Below are positions 27,604 to 40,824 of a stretch of DNA of 64,000 bases, piece after piece. The DNA is from Lama glama. Taxonomy: Eukaryota. The notes beneath the pieces are model-generated. The model saw only the letters and a list, made by a program, of their open reading frames with translations. It was not told where the DNA came from and ran no database searches. The stretch is from assembly GCA_028534125.1 (NCBI GenBank), contig CM052816.1:77874001-77938000 (forward strand), written 5' to 3'. Numbering within the stretch: position 1 is the first letter of the stretch; every line of letters starts with the position of its first letter. A program made the translations under genes and the position numbers.

Positions 27604-30600
27604 CTTTACTAAATAACCAAATGCATGAATGAAGTTATGAAATGAATAAATTATACATATATGTTTGGAAAACACAAGCTAAAGTCCCTAAGCCACATAT
27701 GTGTGTGAGACAGCAAAGCTCACACACACGCAGAGGAAGGGAGAGAATTGTCTCAATTCTCCTAATTATTTTGCTGCCTATTGGGTGGTAGTTTGGGACT
27801 TAAACCTCAGCTCCGCTTTTCACATCTGACAAAAATGAGGAATGCAAAGTTTGGTGAAAGGCACCTAGAATCATATGTGGGCCCTGGTAATGAGTGAATA
27901 ATGAGTGTAAAAGCTACACGGTGCTCAGTTCCATGATCCCTGACCAGAAGAGGCTCTGACATCTGTATTTCACTCCTTGAGGATTGCTGAGGTATTATTC
28001 ACTGACCTTCCTATTCGCAGACACTGGGCCCCGCCACATGGGAGGGTTTTGGAAAAAGAGGCCAGGAGACGTCTCCCCTCCTTCCAGTCTATGAGACAAA
28101 AGGGTCCGTCACTTTGTTGCCGGGGCAGCAGGGAGGAGATGTTCCAAGTTAGCGGAAGATCCTCAAACTGGGCTGTCGGTCAAAATGCAGATTCCTGGCT
28201 CCTATCCCCATCCACAAAGTTCTGACTCAGTGGATCTGGGATGACCCGGGAATCTGCACAGTAACCACCACCCTGGTGACTCTGATGCAGATGATAAACT
28301 GTTGGACACACAGGCTAAAAGGAAAGCATTCTGGAAGGAGAAAAAGTTTCATCTCTGAGTGCCTCCAGGAAAGTAATTCCCACTTCTGGATGCTTGATGC
28401 CATCGTGGGACATCTCTTCCTGGAAAATAAAGCAACTTTTCTCTAAACAAGACTTTAATTTAAAAGTGAAAGCTATAACACTTTTGTGTTATAAACTATA
28501 AACAGAATATAAACTATTCTGTCTTTTCTGTGTGTCACACACACACACACACGCACACAATCTGACAATTGAAGGGTTTTGGTGGCTCCCCAGAAGTCTG
28601 AAAACTAGAGAAAGAGCCCTTGAGCACAATTTGGGAAGCCATGCACTTCTGGGTAGAAGACCCACTTTTTCCTCCAGGTAAAAGCTGAGGTTTGGATATA
28701 CCACAAACACAAAAAGAAAGAGAACTAGAAAAAGAATAGTTGGAAATGTCGATGCCAAAGAAGTAAGAGGGAGGAGCAGTGGCTCTGACACTGGCCAGGC
28801 GACAACAGCTCAGGACAGAAGGGACGGCTGAACCAGAGCTAGACTCCATCAGAGCACTGGGCTGACAAGTTCCTGCAACCTGATAATTTAGGGGCTTGTA
28901 ATGTATCTATCCACACAACAGCTTATTTCCGAGCCAACGGCATACTCCTTGAAGACAACCTGGAAACCTGGAAAATCCAAGATGAACGGTCTGTTAGCAT
29001 AAAGGATCTCAATGGTTTAAATCCTCCATATATCATGCCTGCATGAAAGGCTTCCTCTGTAAACAGAGGAGCAAGACCACACTGCCTTGTATCAAGACCT
29101 GCTCAGCCTGCTTAAAAGGGGCATTATTTTCCACTGCACATGTGGTTTCTTCACAATTTCACACACACACACATACACATGCACTCACACAAACACACAA
29201 CCTATCTGTACACAGGGCACAAGACTCTGGGCAGATTCTTGAGTAAAAAAGGGTTTAGCCTTTTCCTACTACCTTGGGAAGCTTAAAGCTACAGATGAGA
29301 CGATGCTTCTACAGTAGCACCTGGTCAGGTTCCATCTCTCTCTGAGCTGGCCATCAGTCTCTCTCCCCTCCCTAATGCCCCTCACCCCGCAACCATCAGT
29401 CTATTTGTTCTTGAACTTCTCTGAGTAAACAAAGTAGATTATTTTTTGTTTACTTGCCATTAAATAAGGTTTTTAAAAATTACATGGTAATTGAATATAA
29501 GCGTTTTATGTCAATTATGCAACACAGGAGATTCAAATCTCTTTCTATTGACTCTCAACCCTTAGGCTCATGGCAAAAGTCTTATGACTGCATGATGGAT
29601 ATGAGTGAGTTACAAATGGAAGAAGAGAGGGAGGAGAAGGTATCGCATTCAAAACAGGCTAGTTTATGCTGTGGTAGCAACACTACTAAAATCTCAAAGG
29701 CAAAGAATAGGCATCCTTCTCACTCCACTACATCCCCATCCTAGGCAGCCAGGCAACTGGGAGAGGAAAGGTCTGCACAACCTCATGCCAGCAATGACAT
29801 GCTTGAGCTAAAGGTGACACAGATCACCTCCACTCGCATCTTATAGCCCAGAGCTAGTCATATGACCCAACCACTGCCACCCAACCGCAAGGGGGCCAGG
29901 AAGTGAAATCCAACCCTGTGCCTGGAAGACAAAGAGCCAGAAAGATTTGGGGAACAGCATTAATGAGCACCAAGGCGGGAGGAAGGGAGAAGAAGCCAGC
30001 AACTGACTGCTGCTGAGAAAGACATGCTGAGAAATCTTACTTACTGTCATCGACCGTACCCTTGTCCTGACACAACATCTACCACTGTGTATAAAATCCT
30101 GCAAAGCAGAGAGGATATCCGCAAACGTATTCCAGCCTTCATTCCAACATTCAAAGAAACAACCACGCACTTCTGTAAGACTGAGGTTTTGGTAGCAGAT
30201 AGACATTGCTTTGTAATTAAAACACAAATCTTTTGTTTTAATTATATAATTTTAAAAGTATTTGCCATGAAATAGTCATTCTCATATATTAATTTTGGTA
30301 ACAAAGTTGGTTGGCTTTTCTGGAAAATTATTTTTTTACATGTAGAAAGAACATTTTAAGAGGTTCATTTCCCTTTGACTCTGTAATGCTGCATCTAGAA
30401 ATTAATCCTTAAGATATAAGCAGAAATGCAGATAAGGATTAAGTCAAAAGCTATTTTCTATAGCATTGTTATTAATGGTCCAAACGGAAAATTCCATAAA
30501 TGCCCCAGTGGAAGGGGATTGGGCCAATAAATTCTGTAACATCCATTTGCTAGAATACTGTGTAGCTACTAGATGAAATGGCTCAGCAGGCTGGTGTGTT

Positions 30601-30727
30601 AATACAGTGGACTACTGACACTAGCAATCACAATTGCTAAGGTTATCTAGAAATATGGAAACAACAGCATAAAGTAACAACAGGATAAAATAGAACTCTT
30701 AATAATATACACATTAAAATTATATAT

Positions 30728-30866
30728 GGGGAGAGGGTATAGCTCAGTGGTAGAGTGCATGCCTAGCATGCACAAGGTCAATCCCCAGTACCTTCAATAA
30801 GATAAATAAACTTAATTACCTCCCTCCACCAAAATAATAATAATAAAATTAATAATAATAATAATA
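30728..30866 (+). mobile_element. tRNA-derived SINE (camelid-type) with (AAT)n tail
   Basis: ggggagagggtatagctcagtggtagagtgcatgcctagcatgcac: A-box TAGCTCAGTGG, damaged B-box, A/AAT-rich tail. Confidence 0.85.
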
Positions 30867-31559
30867 CATGAAATAAATCAGGTCTGTATTAAATTCAGAA
30901 GGGATTTAGGGCATCCACATGATATTTCAGGGATTTGAGTTTTTCTGGTGAATTCAAATTTGTGTTCAGATATTTTTTGTTCAAGTCTTGTTCAGTTGAT
31001 GAAAGGAGAATAAACAAGGAGGAAGAGGAGAAATGGAAGACAGAGGAGAGGAAAAAGGGGAGAGAGAAGGAAGAAGGGGAGACAGTAGAAATAGAAGGTG
31101 CCAGTAGGAAGGGGAGCAGAGGGAAAGGAAGATGATTTAGAAAGCTCACTGCAGCCACCACCAGAGCATCCTGTGTTCTCCACTCCCGCCCCCAGGAAAA
31201 AGTGTGGATTTTTGCTGTTCATTAAATACACAGGAGGTGCAGAAGAGTCCTTCAATACCACCACATCACAGTCAAAGTCACACCTGCTACTTAGGAGAAG
31301 GAGTTTTGGCATCTAAACAGTGTGGCCACTTGGAAGTTTCACTAACTACCCAGTGAGCTGGCTGAGTGTTTCTGGGGTATGTGTACTTGGTCTGGCCAAA
31401 CCCCAGTTGGTAGTGTCAGTGAGCAAGGTTGAGGGACAAGTCTGGGTCTGGTCTTAGGTCTTTTGAGCTCCATCCTTGAGAGTGAAACAGAGGACACAAA
31501 AGTTAGTGCCAGAAGAAGTCTTCAAACAAGCCAGAAACTTTTCTCAGTGCAGTAGTTGA

Positions 31560-31810
31560 GAAGCAATGAGATACCATCACATACCTATGAGGGCGGCTAC
31601 AATTAAAGAACAACAGTATCAAGTGTTGGTGAGGATGTATGTCAACTGGAAGTCTGACATTGCCAGTGAGAGTGTAAAATGGTACAACCACTTTGGAAAA
31701 CTGTTGGCCTGCTTTCAATGTAATTCCACTCCTAAGTACATATTTCAAAGAAACAAATGCAGATGCCCACAAAAAGATCATACAAGAATGTACATAGTGA
31801 CATTAGTCAT
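31560..31810 (+). mobile_element. Old L1 (L1M) ORF2-end fragment
   Basis: aatgagataccat...caagtgttggtgaggatgt...gtgtaaaatggtacaaccactttggaaaactg. Confidence 0.85.
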
Positions 31811-33109
31811 AATGGGTCAGATATGTTCCATCTGTCTCCTTTCTCTTGGATGACAGATGGCCCAGGACATGGGTTTTTCATAGTAGAGTCCAGGGGCACA
31901 AAGGAAGGGAAGTCCCACTCACAGGGGACCCATGGTCACTTCTGTCCTCTTTCTGTTAGCAAAGCAGGACCCATGGCAAAGCACTGACTGAGCACTGACT
32001 ACAGGCTTGACTCTTCTCAGGTGTTCTCATCTTCACAACAATGCAGTGAGGTGGGTACAATTATTATCCTTTTTTATAGCTGAAGAAAATGAGACTTAGG
32101 GAAGTTCATTTCTCCAAGGTCACAAGGCTGGTAAAGAGCAAGGATCTGAGTGTACCCTCCAAAGCCCCTCACACTGGACCAAGGAGTTGAAGACCCCAGA
32201 TCCAGCCTGTCCTCTAACTTGCACAGCCTGAGTATCCTGTGTTCTCCACCTGGGGAGTGAGCTGGCATATCAATTTTTAAGTGGCTTGAAAAACTCACTT
32301 AACCTATCTGGCTTTCGATTTCTTCTAATGTAAAATGAGAGTTACATTGGATCTCTAAGTTCATTCCAGGTAAAAATTTAATGCCCAAGTTCTGTGAACT
32401 CAATAGAACATTAACCATTAACCTGACAACACCTGTAAATGGATAATTTGCTAATCACTAAAATCCGGCCCACAAACTTCCCCTGATTTCAGTACAGGCA
32501 ACCATTCTTAAAGGTTACAAGGAGATGGTAAAAACCTCTTTATGTAAAATAGATACCAATTTAATTCCCATTTTTTTAACATTGAATTTTGCTTTCTGGC
32601 TGATCCTAAAAGCACTGGGGAAAAGTAATTCCTTATAAAATTAGATAAATTCCCTTGTTAATGCAGGATTTTGCTTCAATTTTTAACTGCAAAATGCGGT
32701 TCCCATGGAAGCGGTGCTAGGCTGCTGTCACATGGGTCTCACCCTCTGCACCTTCTCCACGGGGGAAAAGCAGAGTGTGGTCCATATCTGGTAGAGCTGC
32801 CTCTAGGTGTTCACGCAGGCAAATCCCATTCCAGGAAGAGCAAGAGGAAGGGCTGAAATTGTCTCACATCTACTGTTATTTAAAATAATCTCCTAATGTT
32901 TTGAGGATTTTTTTTTAAAATACACTCCTCTGATCTGCCAAATGGACTTACAGACTTAGAAAACTGAGTTGATTTCTACTTGTGTGCAACCCTATGATCA
33001 CTTGTTACTATATTGTATTATAGAATAGGATGATGAATGGATGGATGGATGACTCGATGGGTGGATGGATGGACAGACTGGACAGATGGACACGTCAACA
33101 CACACGCTG

Positions 33110-33390
33110 CACCTCCAGCAGGAATGCTTTTTCCATCCCACTCTACCTCGTTCACCTAATTAACTACTACTCACATGTCGGTTCTCAGATTAAGCACTGC
33201 TTCCTCAAAGAAGCCTTCCCTGATCCCCAGTCAAGGTCAAGTTCCTTCATTGTCCTTTCACATGCAGTGTTCCTTTCTTCAGAGCACTCATCTGCATGTA
33301 GTTATGCACTGATCAGTATAATAAGATAGATATTTAATGTTGATCTCCCCATCTAGGCTATAAACTCCATGAGAGCAGGGAGCATGTGTG
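33110..33390 (+). mobile_element. L2 fragment
   Basis: ggaatgctttt...cttcctcaaagaagccttccctga...taaactccatgagagcaggga. Confidence 0.75.
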
Positions 33391-33829
33391 AACATAAAAA
33401 AAAAAGTGAACAAATTAGATCAAAGGACAGCGGGCTATGAGCTTGGAACTTAATTCTAAAGAGGTTTCCACTGTAATCACAGAATTGCAGTGTTTAAGAA
33501 AAGAAGAAACCTTCGAGGTCAAATGGTACTCATAGAACGAAAGAGTCTCAGGGTTTTGAGGGAAGCTTTGTTTCAGCCTTCCACACAATATAGAAATCTC
33601 TGCACTGTATTGAGATTTGACCTGTATGAACAAAGTGTATAATTTGTATAAGACTTTCTTTTTGGAGTAGGCATTTAATTCCTTGGGAAACATCATTTAT
33701 TCTGGTTACTGTGAAATCCTGAGACATTGAATTTAGATCATATCAGTGACAATTTTATTCTAAAGGGTTGTTTTACTCATGCTTTTTCAATCAATTAATA
33801 ATTCTACCTAGCTCAGTGCAAGGCAAAAG

Positions 33830-33839
33830 GAGAGAGAGA

Positions 33840-33872
<33 letters not shown>

Positions 33873-33876
33873 CGTG
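33830..33876 (+). repeat. (AG)n(TG)n(CG)n compound microsatellite
   Basis: Directly visible; the alternating purine-pyrimidine part is Z-DNA-prone. Confidence 0.9.
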
Positions 33877-34453
33877 CACTCAGATATTAATTATATGGAA
33901 ATCGTATTTTCACCAATAAAATTATTTAAAGTGCACCAGAGTACTTCACATTTAAAGGAATTCTAAGGTTAATTCTTCTATAAGATGAAGGCTATTTTAA
34001 ATTTTAGGTTATCTGACACCTGAATTGTATATTGTGTGAATCAAGATTTTTAATCTGAGCTTTCCAAAAATGAGACACACCTGCAAAGTTACCTCCAGCA
34101 CTGGATTTTACAATTAAGAGGATCCTCGGAAAAATGATTGGGGAGCATTTTATCATAATACATAATAGATGGGGTTTAAAATTGTTCTCTCTAGTATGTT
34201 CCAGAAGCCATATGGTGATGACTCTCAGCTTCCTCCTTTCTGCTTCTGTCTCATGTCAGTGATGTGAAGATTCCATTCTCAACTCACAGATTGACTCTGC
34301 TCCCTAACTACCATGGTCGCCATCTGTAGATGCCTTTGAAGACAAGCTTGTATGGCCCCTGGAGGACTCATCTCTGAGTGTTCCCAGGGGATGAGCTCAT
34401 GGGCTCCCCCAACCTGATGCCAGCCACATAACTGGAACAGGGAAGAAAATAAT

Positions 34454-35010
34454 GTGGTAGACAGTATTAGTTGCTCCCTCACCTTCCTTGCTGGCAGAAC
34501 CCTGACTGTTTAGGCAGCCCTGTACTCAATTCCCAAAGCAGGAATGATTGGTGGTTGGCCTACAAGCTAAGCACATCAGTCCTCTTCTCCTTTGCCAGTG
34601 GCTGGGCTGGGGCTGGACCTGGGAGCCAGTTCTAACCAATGAGATGTGAAGGGAAGGCTACTGGGGGAAGTGCTAGGAAAGATTTTCCTCTTTGACCAAA
34701 GGAGAAACGGCTGGAAAGAGATGCCCTTCCTCTCCAACCCCTTCTTTCTTCTTGTTTGGAACACTGTCATGGAAGAGCATGACTTCTGGAGTGATGACAT
34801 CCATCCTGCACTGTGAAGAGAGGTATTACTGACGCTTGGACCTAAGCAGAATGTAGAGCGCAAACATCAGGTGTCAAATAACATCTTGGAGCCACTGCAC
34901 CAATCCTGGGGCCCTGCATGTCCACGTAAGTGAACGTTAAGTGTCTTTATGGTTTAAGCCACTGTTAATCTAGTTCTCAGCCACTTGTAACCAAACGCAT
35001 TACTGATACA
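34454..35010 (+). mobile_element. Old MaLR/ERVL-type solo LTR
   Basis: Starts tgtggtagac, has accaatgagatgtgaagggaag, ends ...ggtttaagccactg...actgataca. Confidence 0.7.
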
Positions 35011-35239
35011 AATCATAGCATAGTCAATATTTTACATCAGCATGGCTCGTCACATTCTTCAAAATACTTTCATATCCATTACCTCACTCAATCCCATCAA
35101 CAATCCTGGGAAGAAATACTGCAACTACCATTATCCCTCATTTTACAAATATAGAAACTAAAATTTTAAAAGAATTGGTCTTGCATGTAAAAACAAAAAG
35201 AACCCAGACTAAAACAGATTCAACACTCTTTGCTTTAGA

Positions 35240-35540
35240 CCAAAAGTTAGCAAACCACGGTCAAGTATACAGCTGGTAAACTAAGACTTTTTTTTTTTTG
35301 CATTTTTAAATGGCTGGAAAAATGTGAAAAAAACATAGTATTTCGGGACGTGAAAATTATGTGAAATTCAAATTTTAATACCCGTAAGTAAAGACTGGGA
35401 GACAGGCACGCTCATCTGTGTACACATCATCTAGGACTGCTTCAGCACTTCAGTTGCAGAGTTGTTGTGTCACTCTATGGCCCACAAAGCCTAAAATATT
35501 TACTACCTGGCCCTTTACAGAAAAGGCATGCTCGCCCCTG
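35240..35540 (+). mobile_element. MER58-like hAT element
   Basis: gtgaaaattatgtgaaattcaaatt...tatggcccacaaagcctaaaatatttactacctggccctttacagaaaa. Confidence 0.85.
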
Positions 35541-37507
35541 GGTTAGTCCCAACATGCCCATTCAAAAAACCTCCTGTTCCAATAAAAACCATGTCAAGAA
35601 TTTAGGACACCATATTTTACAGTGATCTGAGGTTTAGTTTGCTTTGGTTTGCTGTTTGTCATTTTTTTCATCATCTGAATATAACCTACTGACAGCTTCA
35701 TAATCCCCAGGCTCCTCAGATAGGAGCAGGGAAACATCTTGACTAACTGCTAATTAATCAGTCTGGCTTAAATTCTCCCCTCAGTAAACACCAGAACACA
35801 TCTGTTTAAAACAATGTTTTGATGAAACAGTTCCTCAATCATAAAGAAAAAACTAACATCCCCGTCATGCCAGGCTGCAGGAGTTTTTCTTCTCCGAGAG
35901 TGGCCATCACTTCCATCACATGAGCGTCAATGAATCACACTAAATCTGGTGTTAAACATACAGAAGACTTCCTCTATAGAGAGATTATGGGCAACCATAT
36001 TATGTAAACCAAGATTATGTAAACCATAACCAGCAGATATCAAACAAACACATTATTTTATTTCTTGTGTTCTTGTTTGGGTCTTTGTAACATAATATTT
36101 AATGAATGATATATTTCACTATGTGAGGAAATATACACATAAACATGTGATACAATACCCAGTACATATTTTGTGCTCAAAGATCAGTTGAACCTGAAAT
36201 TCCATGAATCATGAGGAGGAAAATTTGTAAACCACTTAATTGTTAAAGCAGATTTTTTTTAAAGTATGCATCTTTAGCAGATAAATGCTACGAGTTGGCA
36301 GTCTACTAAAACCCATCTGAAAATAAATTTTTTCTCATTCTTGTGGCTTTGGTTTAAACCACTTCATAGAACCCCCAAAACATGCCTTATAAGACACAAT
36401 GCCAGCTTTATTCCAGCCAACATGGTTATACTAACGTGGTTTTGCCGTGTTTATAAATCTCTGCATTGTTATAAAGCAGAGGCAACAGGCTGGTGTGTAA
36501 AAGATTCCTTCAAGAGTTTTACGTTAAAATTAGACTCGCTCCACTGTCATCATCAAATATAGGACTACAGAATCCCTGGTTCCCTGTCACCCAGAGAACT
36601 CGATGTTTTGAGTTTGTCTGCTCCCTCTGCTGCCTGGTTCTGTGGTAATTACCAGGCTCCTGGAGTTGAGCTGACAACTCATGTGATAGAAATATACAAG
36701 CAAAGAAGAAAACACAAACAGCTGTGTTAATTCCAGCAATGTCAAACTTTAAACAAGCTAAGGGAAAAGTTGCTGAATCAGAAAGGAACAAACCCGGCAG
36801 TAACAGCTCTTTCAACTTTCTAACAGAGAACCCAAGGGCTACATCCATTAGGCCCAAACATCCAAAAGTAAAGGGACTGTAAAATGTGCAGACTTTTAAA
36901 ATATAATGGTTGAAAATGTTCTTTCTTTCCCAGACAAAAGCTTTATTTTAATGACTGCAAGTTCTCTGGAAGAACTGATAAGAATCCAATAATTGTGTTC
37001 TCAGGGAAGTGGGTGGCTTAAAGTGGCATGTGAGAAAGAATCAGTTATCAATGGAAATACTTTTGCACCTTTTGACAGGTGTAGCATATGCATGTATAAT
37101 CTAGTCAAGTAACTGCATTAATTAATTATACACCAAACACGTGTCCTAAATATATTCAAGTTACCAAAAGCATACAATGTAAGTTATGACTTCTAATGAA
37201 ATTCTTTCCATCATTTAACAAATATCATTTATGTGCTGGATACTAAGGATGCAAAAATAGAAGATGCGGTTCCTACTCCTGCAGAACATTTGGTCTAATG
37301 GAGCATGGATATGCATACAAGCAATTGCATACAATAGGTTCAAAGTACAGTAGATACAGAGGAAGGATGCTCAAGAAACACTGGGACATATATTCCCATA
37401 TGCATGTTACAGCCTCCTAGAAGTCACGTGGAGACACCACTTAATCCAGGAACATTGTTGTTCTTGTTCAACATTGTGAGTTCCTCTTTTGGAATCAGTT
37501 TGCAAGC

Positions 37508-38015
37508 TGTATCAGTTACCTATTGCCATAACAATGCTGTGTAACAACTACAAAATCCCAGTAGCATACAACAAGAAGAATTTATTGCCCATCTCTTTGG
37601 AGTGATCAGGTCCTGATCTTTACTAGGCTCATTTATAGGGGTGGGGGCAGTGCAGAGGGTGGGGGTCAGATGGCTCTCAGTTGATCTAAACTGACCTTGA
37701 CTACGACAAATAGAGTGACACTACTCTGTTCCAAGTGTCTCTCACGCTTCATCAGGATAGCCCAAGCATGGTCTCATGGTAATAGCAAAGGTTTGAGAGC
37801 GTAAGTGGAAACATGTTAACCTCTTTGGTCCTAGGCTCAAAAGTGGTACACCCTCACCACCATTGCATTCCACTGGCCAAAACAAGTCATAATGCCAGTT
37901 CAGATTCAAGGGATAGGGCCACCTTTATAGTAAGAGCATCTGCAAAGTCACACGACAAAGAGCATGGATACAGAGAAGGGTGAAGAACTGAGACCATCAT
38001 TGCAAATTACCACCA
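37508..38015 (-). mobile_element. MaLR LTR (old MLT1 subfamily)
   Basis: tgtatcagttacctattgcc...tgtgtaacaac...ccactggccaaaacaagtca...ctgcaaagtcac. Confidence 0.8.
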
Positions 38016-39240
38016 AGCCATAACAGGAGAGCCATCTCTAAATCACCTTCTCTTGGTTTTAACCCACCTCTATCACTAGAATTTATTTCAGATGGTTTGG
38101 TCTTTGCCCCCAGATTAAACTCATCCTCAAAATCCAGTTAATTGCCACCACTGAATATAGGGATGTTATTTCATGCCTTTTTTGCCCAAGTGCCAACACA
38201 AGGCCTTATGAAAGGAGGAACCCAAATGATATTTGGTGGATGAATGAACAAATACATTCACATGTCATAAAAGTGTTTTGAGCAATAGCTGCATATTAAG
38301 ATACGCAGTCTCCTCACATGACCATTCTGAAATGGATGCCACATTCTAATATGTCAGTCCTGTGTTTGTATAAAAAGGTGATCCATTACATTTAGATCAT
38401 ATACCTACTACTCAACATCGTAAAGCAGATACTTTATTACATTTACCTTACTTTTATCTTCTGTTTTTTACTCAAGATGTCCAAGATGCACTTCCCAACC
38501 TTTCATCCATCATTTTTCAAATAGTGAAGTCATTCTACAAACATGTTAACCGCTAACCTCATGTTGGGTATATTACACACTGATCTGGCATTGGCTAGAG
38601 AGTGCCTCTGGGAGGGATAATAATGACCTACCTCACAGGACTGTTCTGTGAGAAGTTACATGATGGATTCCTCAAAAAACAGTCTGCAAATGTGCTTTTT
38701 GTAATATTAATTCTTTACGTTTCTAGAGTTGACTTCCTCCCAAAGAACGCTAAGCACTTCACATATGGTCGGCCAGATCCTCTCAGAGTGTAAATTATGC
38801 CCCAGGAGTAGAGTGAATTGCTTGGAGGGAGGCGTTAACTCTTTCAGGTCACCAGGGTTCCACTTAGAGCACTGCAGGAGGGCAGTCATTTACCAAATAG
38901 CACCCTGGTGCCTGGAAAGTATACGTGCAAAGAAAAAATTATTCCCGGGGAGTAATTTATGAACTCAGAAAATCTGGTTGAGTATCTCATCTAGTCACAC
39001 AGCATCCCAGTGAAGGAGAAAACAAGCAAGAAGGGAAAAACAGGTGAGGCTGGAGATGCTAGAAGTTTCCTAAGTTCCCGCAGCTCGTCAGGGACAGAGC
39101 TGCAACTCAAACTGCCTGATCATTGACATGACTTCCTCCGAACTAGGCCTCAGGATTCGGGGCTGCCAAAGTGCAGTTTCTGCTAATGAACCAGAGGAGG
39201 ACGAGGCGAGTCAGGTGCCTAGGATGCAAAATGAGAAGCT

Positions 39241-39278
39241 TCAGCCCCTCACCGTAGACTCAGCCCCTCACCATAGAC
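39241..39278 (+). repeat. 19-bp tandem duplication
   Basis: tcagcccctcaccgtagac / tcagcccctcaccatagac (one CpG-type transition). Confidence 0.9.
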
Positions 39279-39585
39279 TGAGCTCTGCTGCTAATTCAAC
39301 GAGGGATATTTGGGTAGTTGCTTGAAACACCTAAGAAACCACAAAATTCACACTGACATTTACTACTAACTTCTATTGAATCTGTAAATGTTGATGAGGA
39401 TTCATTAGTTGATTAATTTGTTTTCCCACCCTGAGGGAAAGTGAAGGCAAATGGGGTGGGGGTATGACGGCAGAGGAGAGGGGCCGTCTTCTTGTTTTGT
39501 TGTGGAAGTTGGAAACAGTCAGATAGTTGGTCTATTTTAGATAAATCTAGAAGATTTATTTTAGAAGAATCTAGATTGAAGTCTG

Positions 39586-39714
39586 AAAAGAATATGAAAG
39601 TGAACATATGTATGTATACACATGACTGGGACACTGTGCTATACACAAGAAATTGACACATTGTAACTGACTGTACTTCAATTTAAAAAATAATAAAAAT
39701 AAAATATATAACAT
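39586..39714 (+). mobile_element. Very short 5'-truncated young L1 with 14-bp TSD
   Basis: L1 3' terminus (...ctgtacttcaatttaaaaaa) flanked by tagattgaagtctg at 39572-39585 and 39715-39728. Confidence 0.9.
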
Positions 39715-40481
39715 TAGATTGAAGTCTGTGCTATACAATTAATATATGGCAAAGCGGTCCCTTGGGATGTTTTGGGTTGACAGTCCAAGTGCTGAGTCCT
39801 TGTCCCAGAGTCAACCATCCTCTATGGCAATACCTCTAGTTACCGCCCCGTGATTTCAATTCTTTAGGAAGCCCCCAGAAGCTCTGCAATAAGCACCAGG
39901 TGGTCAACAAAGGAACGAGGATGCAGGTGTCTTGTTTCCCTACTCAGATCGCTCTCTCTCCACACATCTCTCTGCCCTTGTGCTGAGATCCTGTGTATCC
40001 ACTGCAGAAATATAATAGCCTTTTCAGAAGGAGAAAAATCTACTTAGCACTGTGCTCTGCCTGGGAGCTCTGCTATTTTCTAAAAGGTAGCAGTCACCAG
40101 ACATCAACTCCTACCGCCAATGAAGTCCAGTTGTTTTCTCTGTATTTTGACTCATTTCTTGCCTCAACAAAAAATACTAAATCCTAATTTGAAAGATAAA
40201 TGATACAACACAATCCCTGTGTATCCCCCCATTGCTGCCACTGGAGCACACGTGCACGCACACACACGCCAGGGAAATCATTTGATCTCATGTTTTCTTG
40301 ATAATAAGGGTGTGTCACTCACTCAAAGAGTCACCTTGGATAAGTCACGTAACCACTCTCTGCTCGCAGTTTTCTCTCCCAGTAAAATGAGATTACACTG
40401 GAAGCCTCAAGTGCCTTCCAGCTCTGGAATTTCATAATTCTAAAGGTGACGCATTTCCTCAAAGTTATAACTGTAATCCAA

Positions 40482-40824
40482 CTGGAGTCAGCAAACTTCA
40501 GCCCTTTGGCCAAATCCTGCCTGCCACTTGCTTTTGTACAATCTGAGAGCTCAGGATAGTTTTCACATTATTAAATGGCTGAGGAAAAAAAATCAAAAGA
40601 ACAGTATTTCATGACATGTGAAAATTATATAAAATTCAAATCTCAGTGCCCATAAATAAAGCTGTATGGGAACACAGCTGGGCCCATTTATTTATACATT
40701 ATCTATGGCTGCCTTTGCAACACAAGGGTCGAGTTGAGTTGAAACGGTTGCCTGCAAAGCCTAAGATATTTACTATATGTATAGAAAATGCTTGCCCTTT
40801 ACAGAAAAAGTTTGCCAACTCCAG
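40482..40824 (+). mobile_element. MER58-like hAT element, full length
   Basis: TIRs ctggagtcagcaaac / gtttgccaactccag; internally similar to 35240-35540. Confidence 0.9.

Noticed and set aside
30728..30800. tRNA-like sequence
   Set aside because: SINE head: no complete cloverleaf or T-arm, and followed by an AAT tail.
35983..36027. Three degenerate ~15-bp tandem units (attatgtaaacca)
   Set aside because: Ordinary slippage duplication; no spacers, not CRISPR-like.
35240..40824. Similar ~300-bp segments suggesting a local duplication
   Set aside because: Independent copies of the same MER58-like family; the flanks are unrelated.
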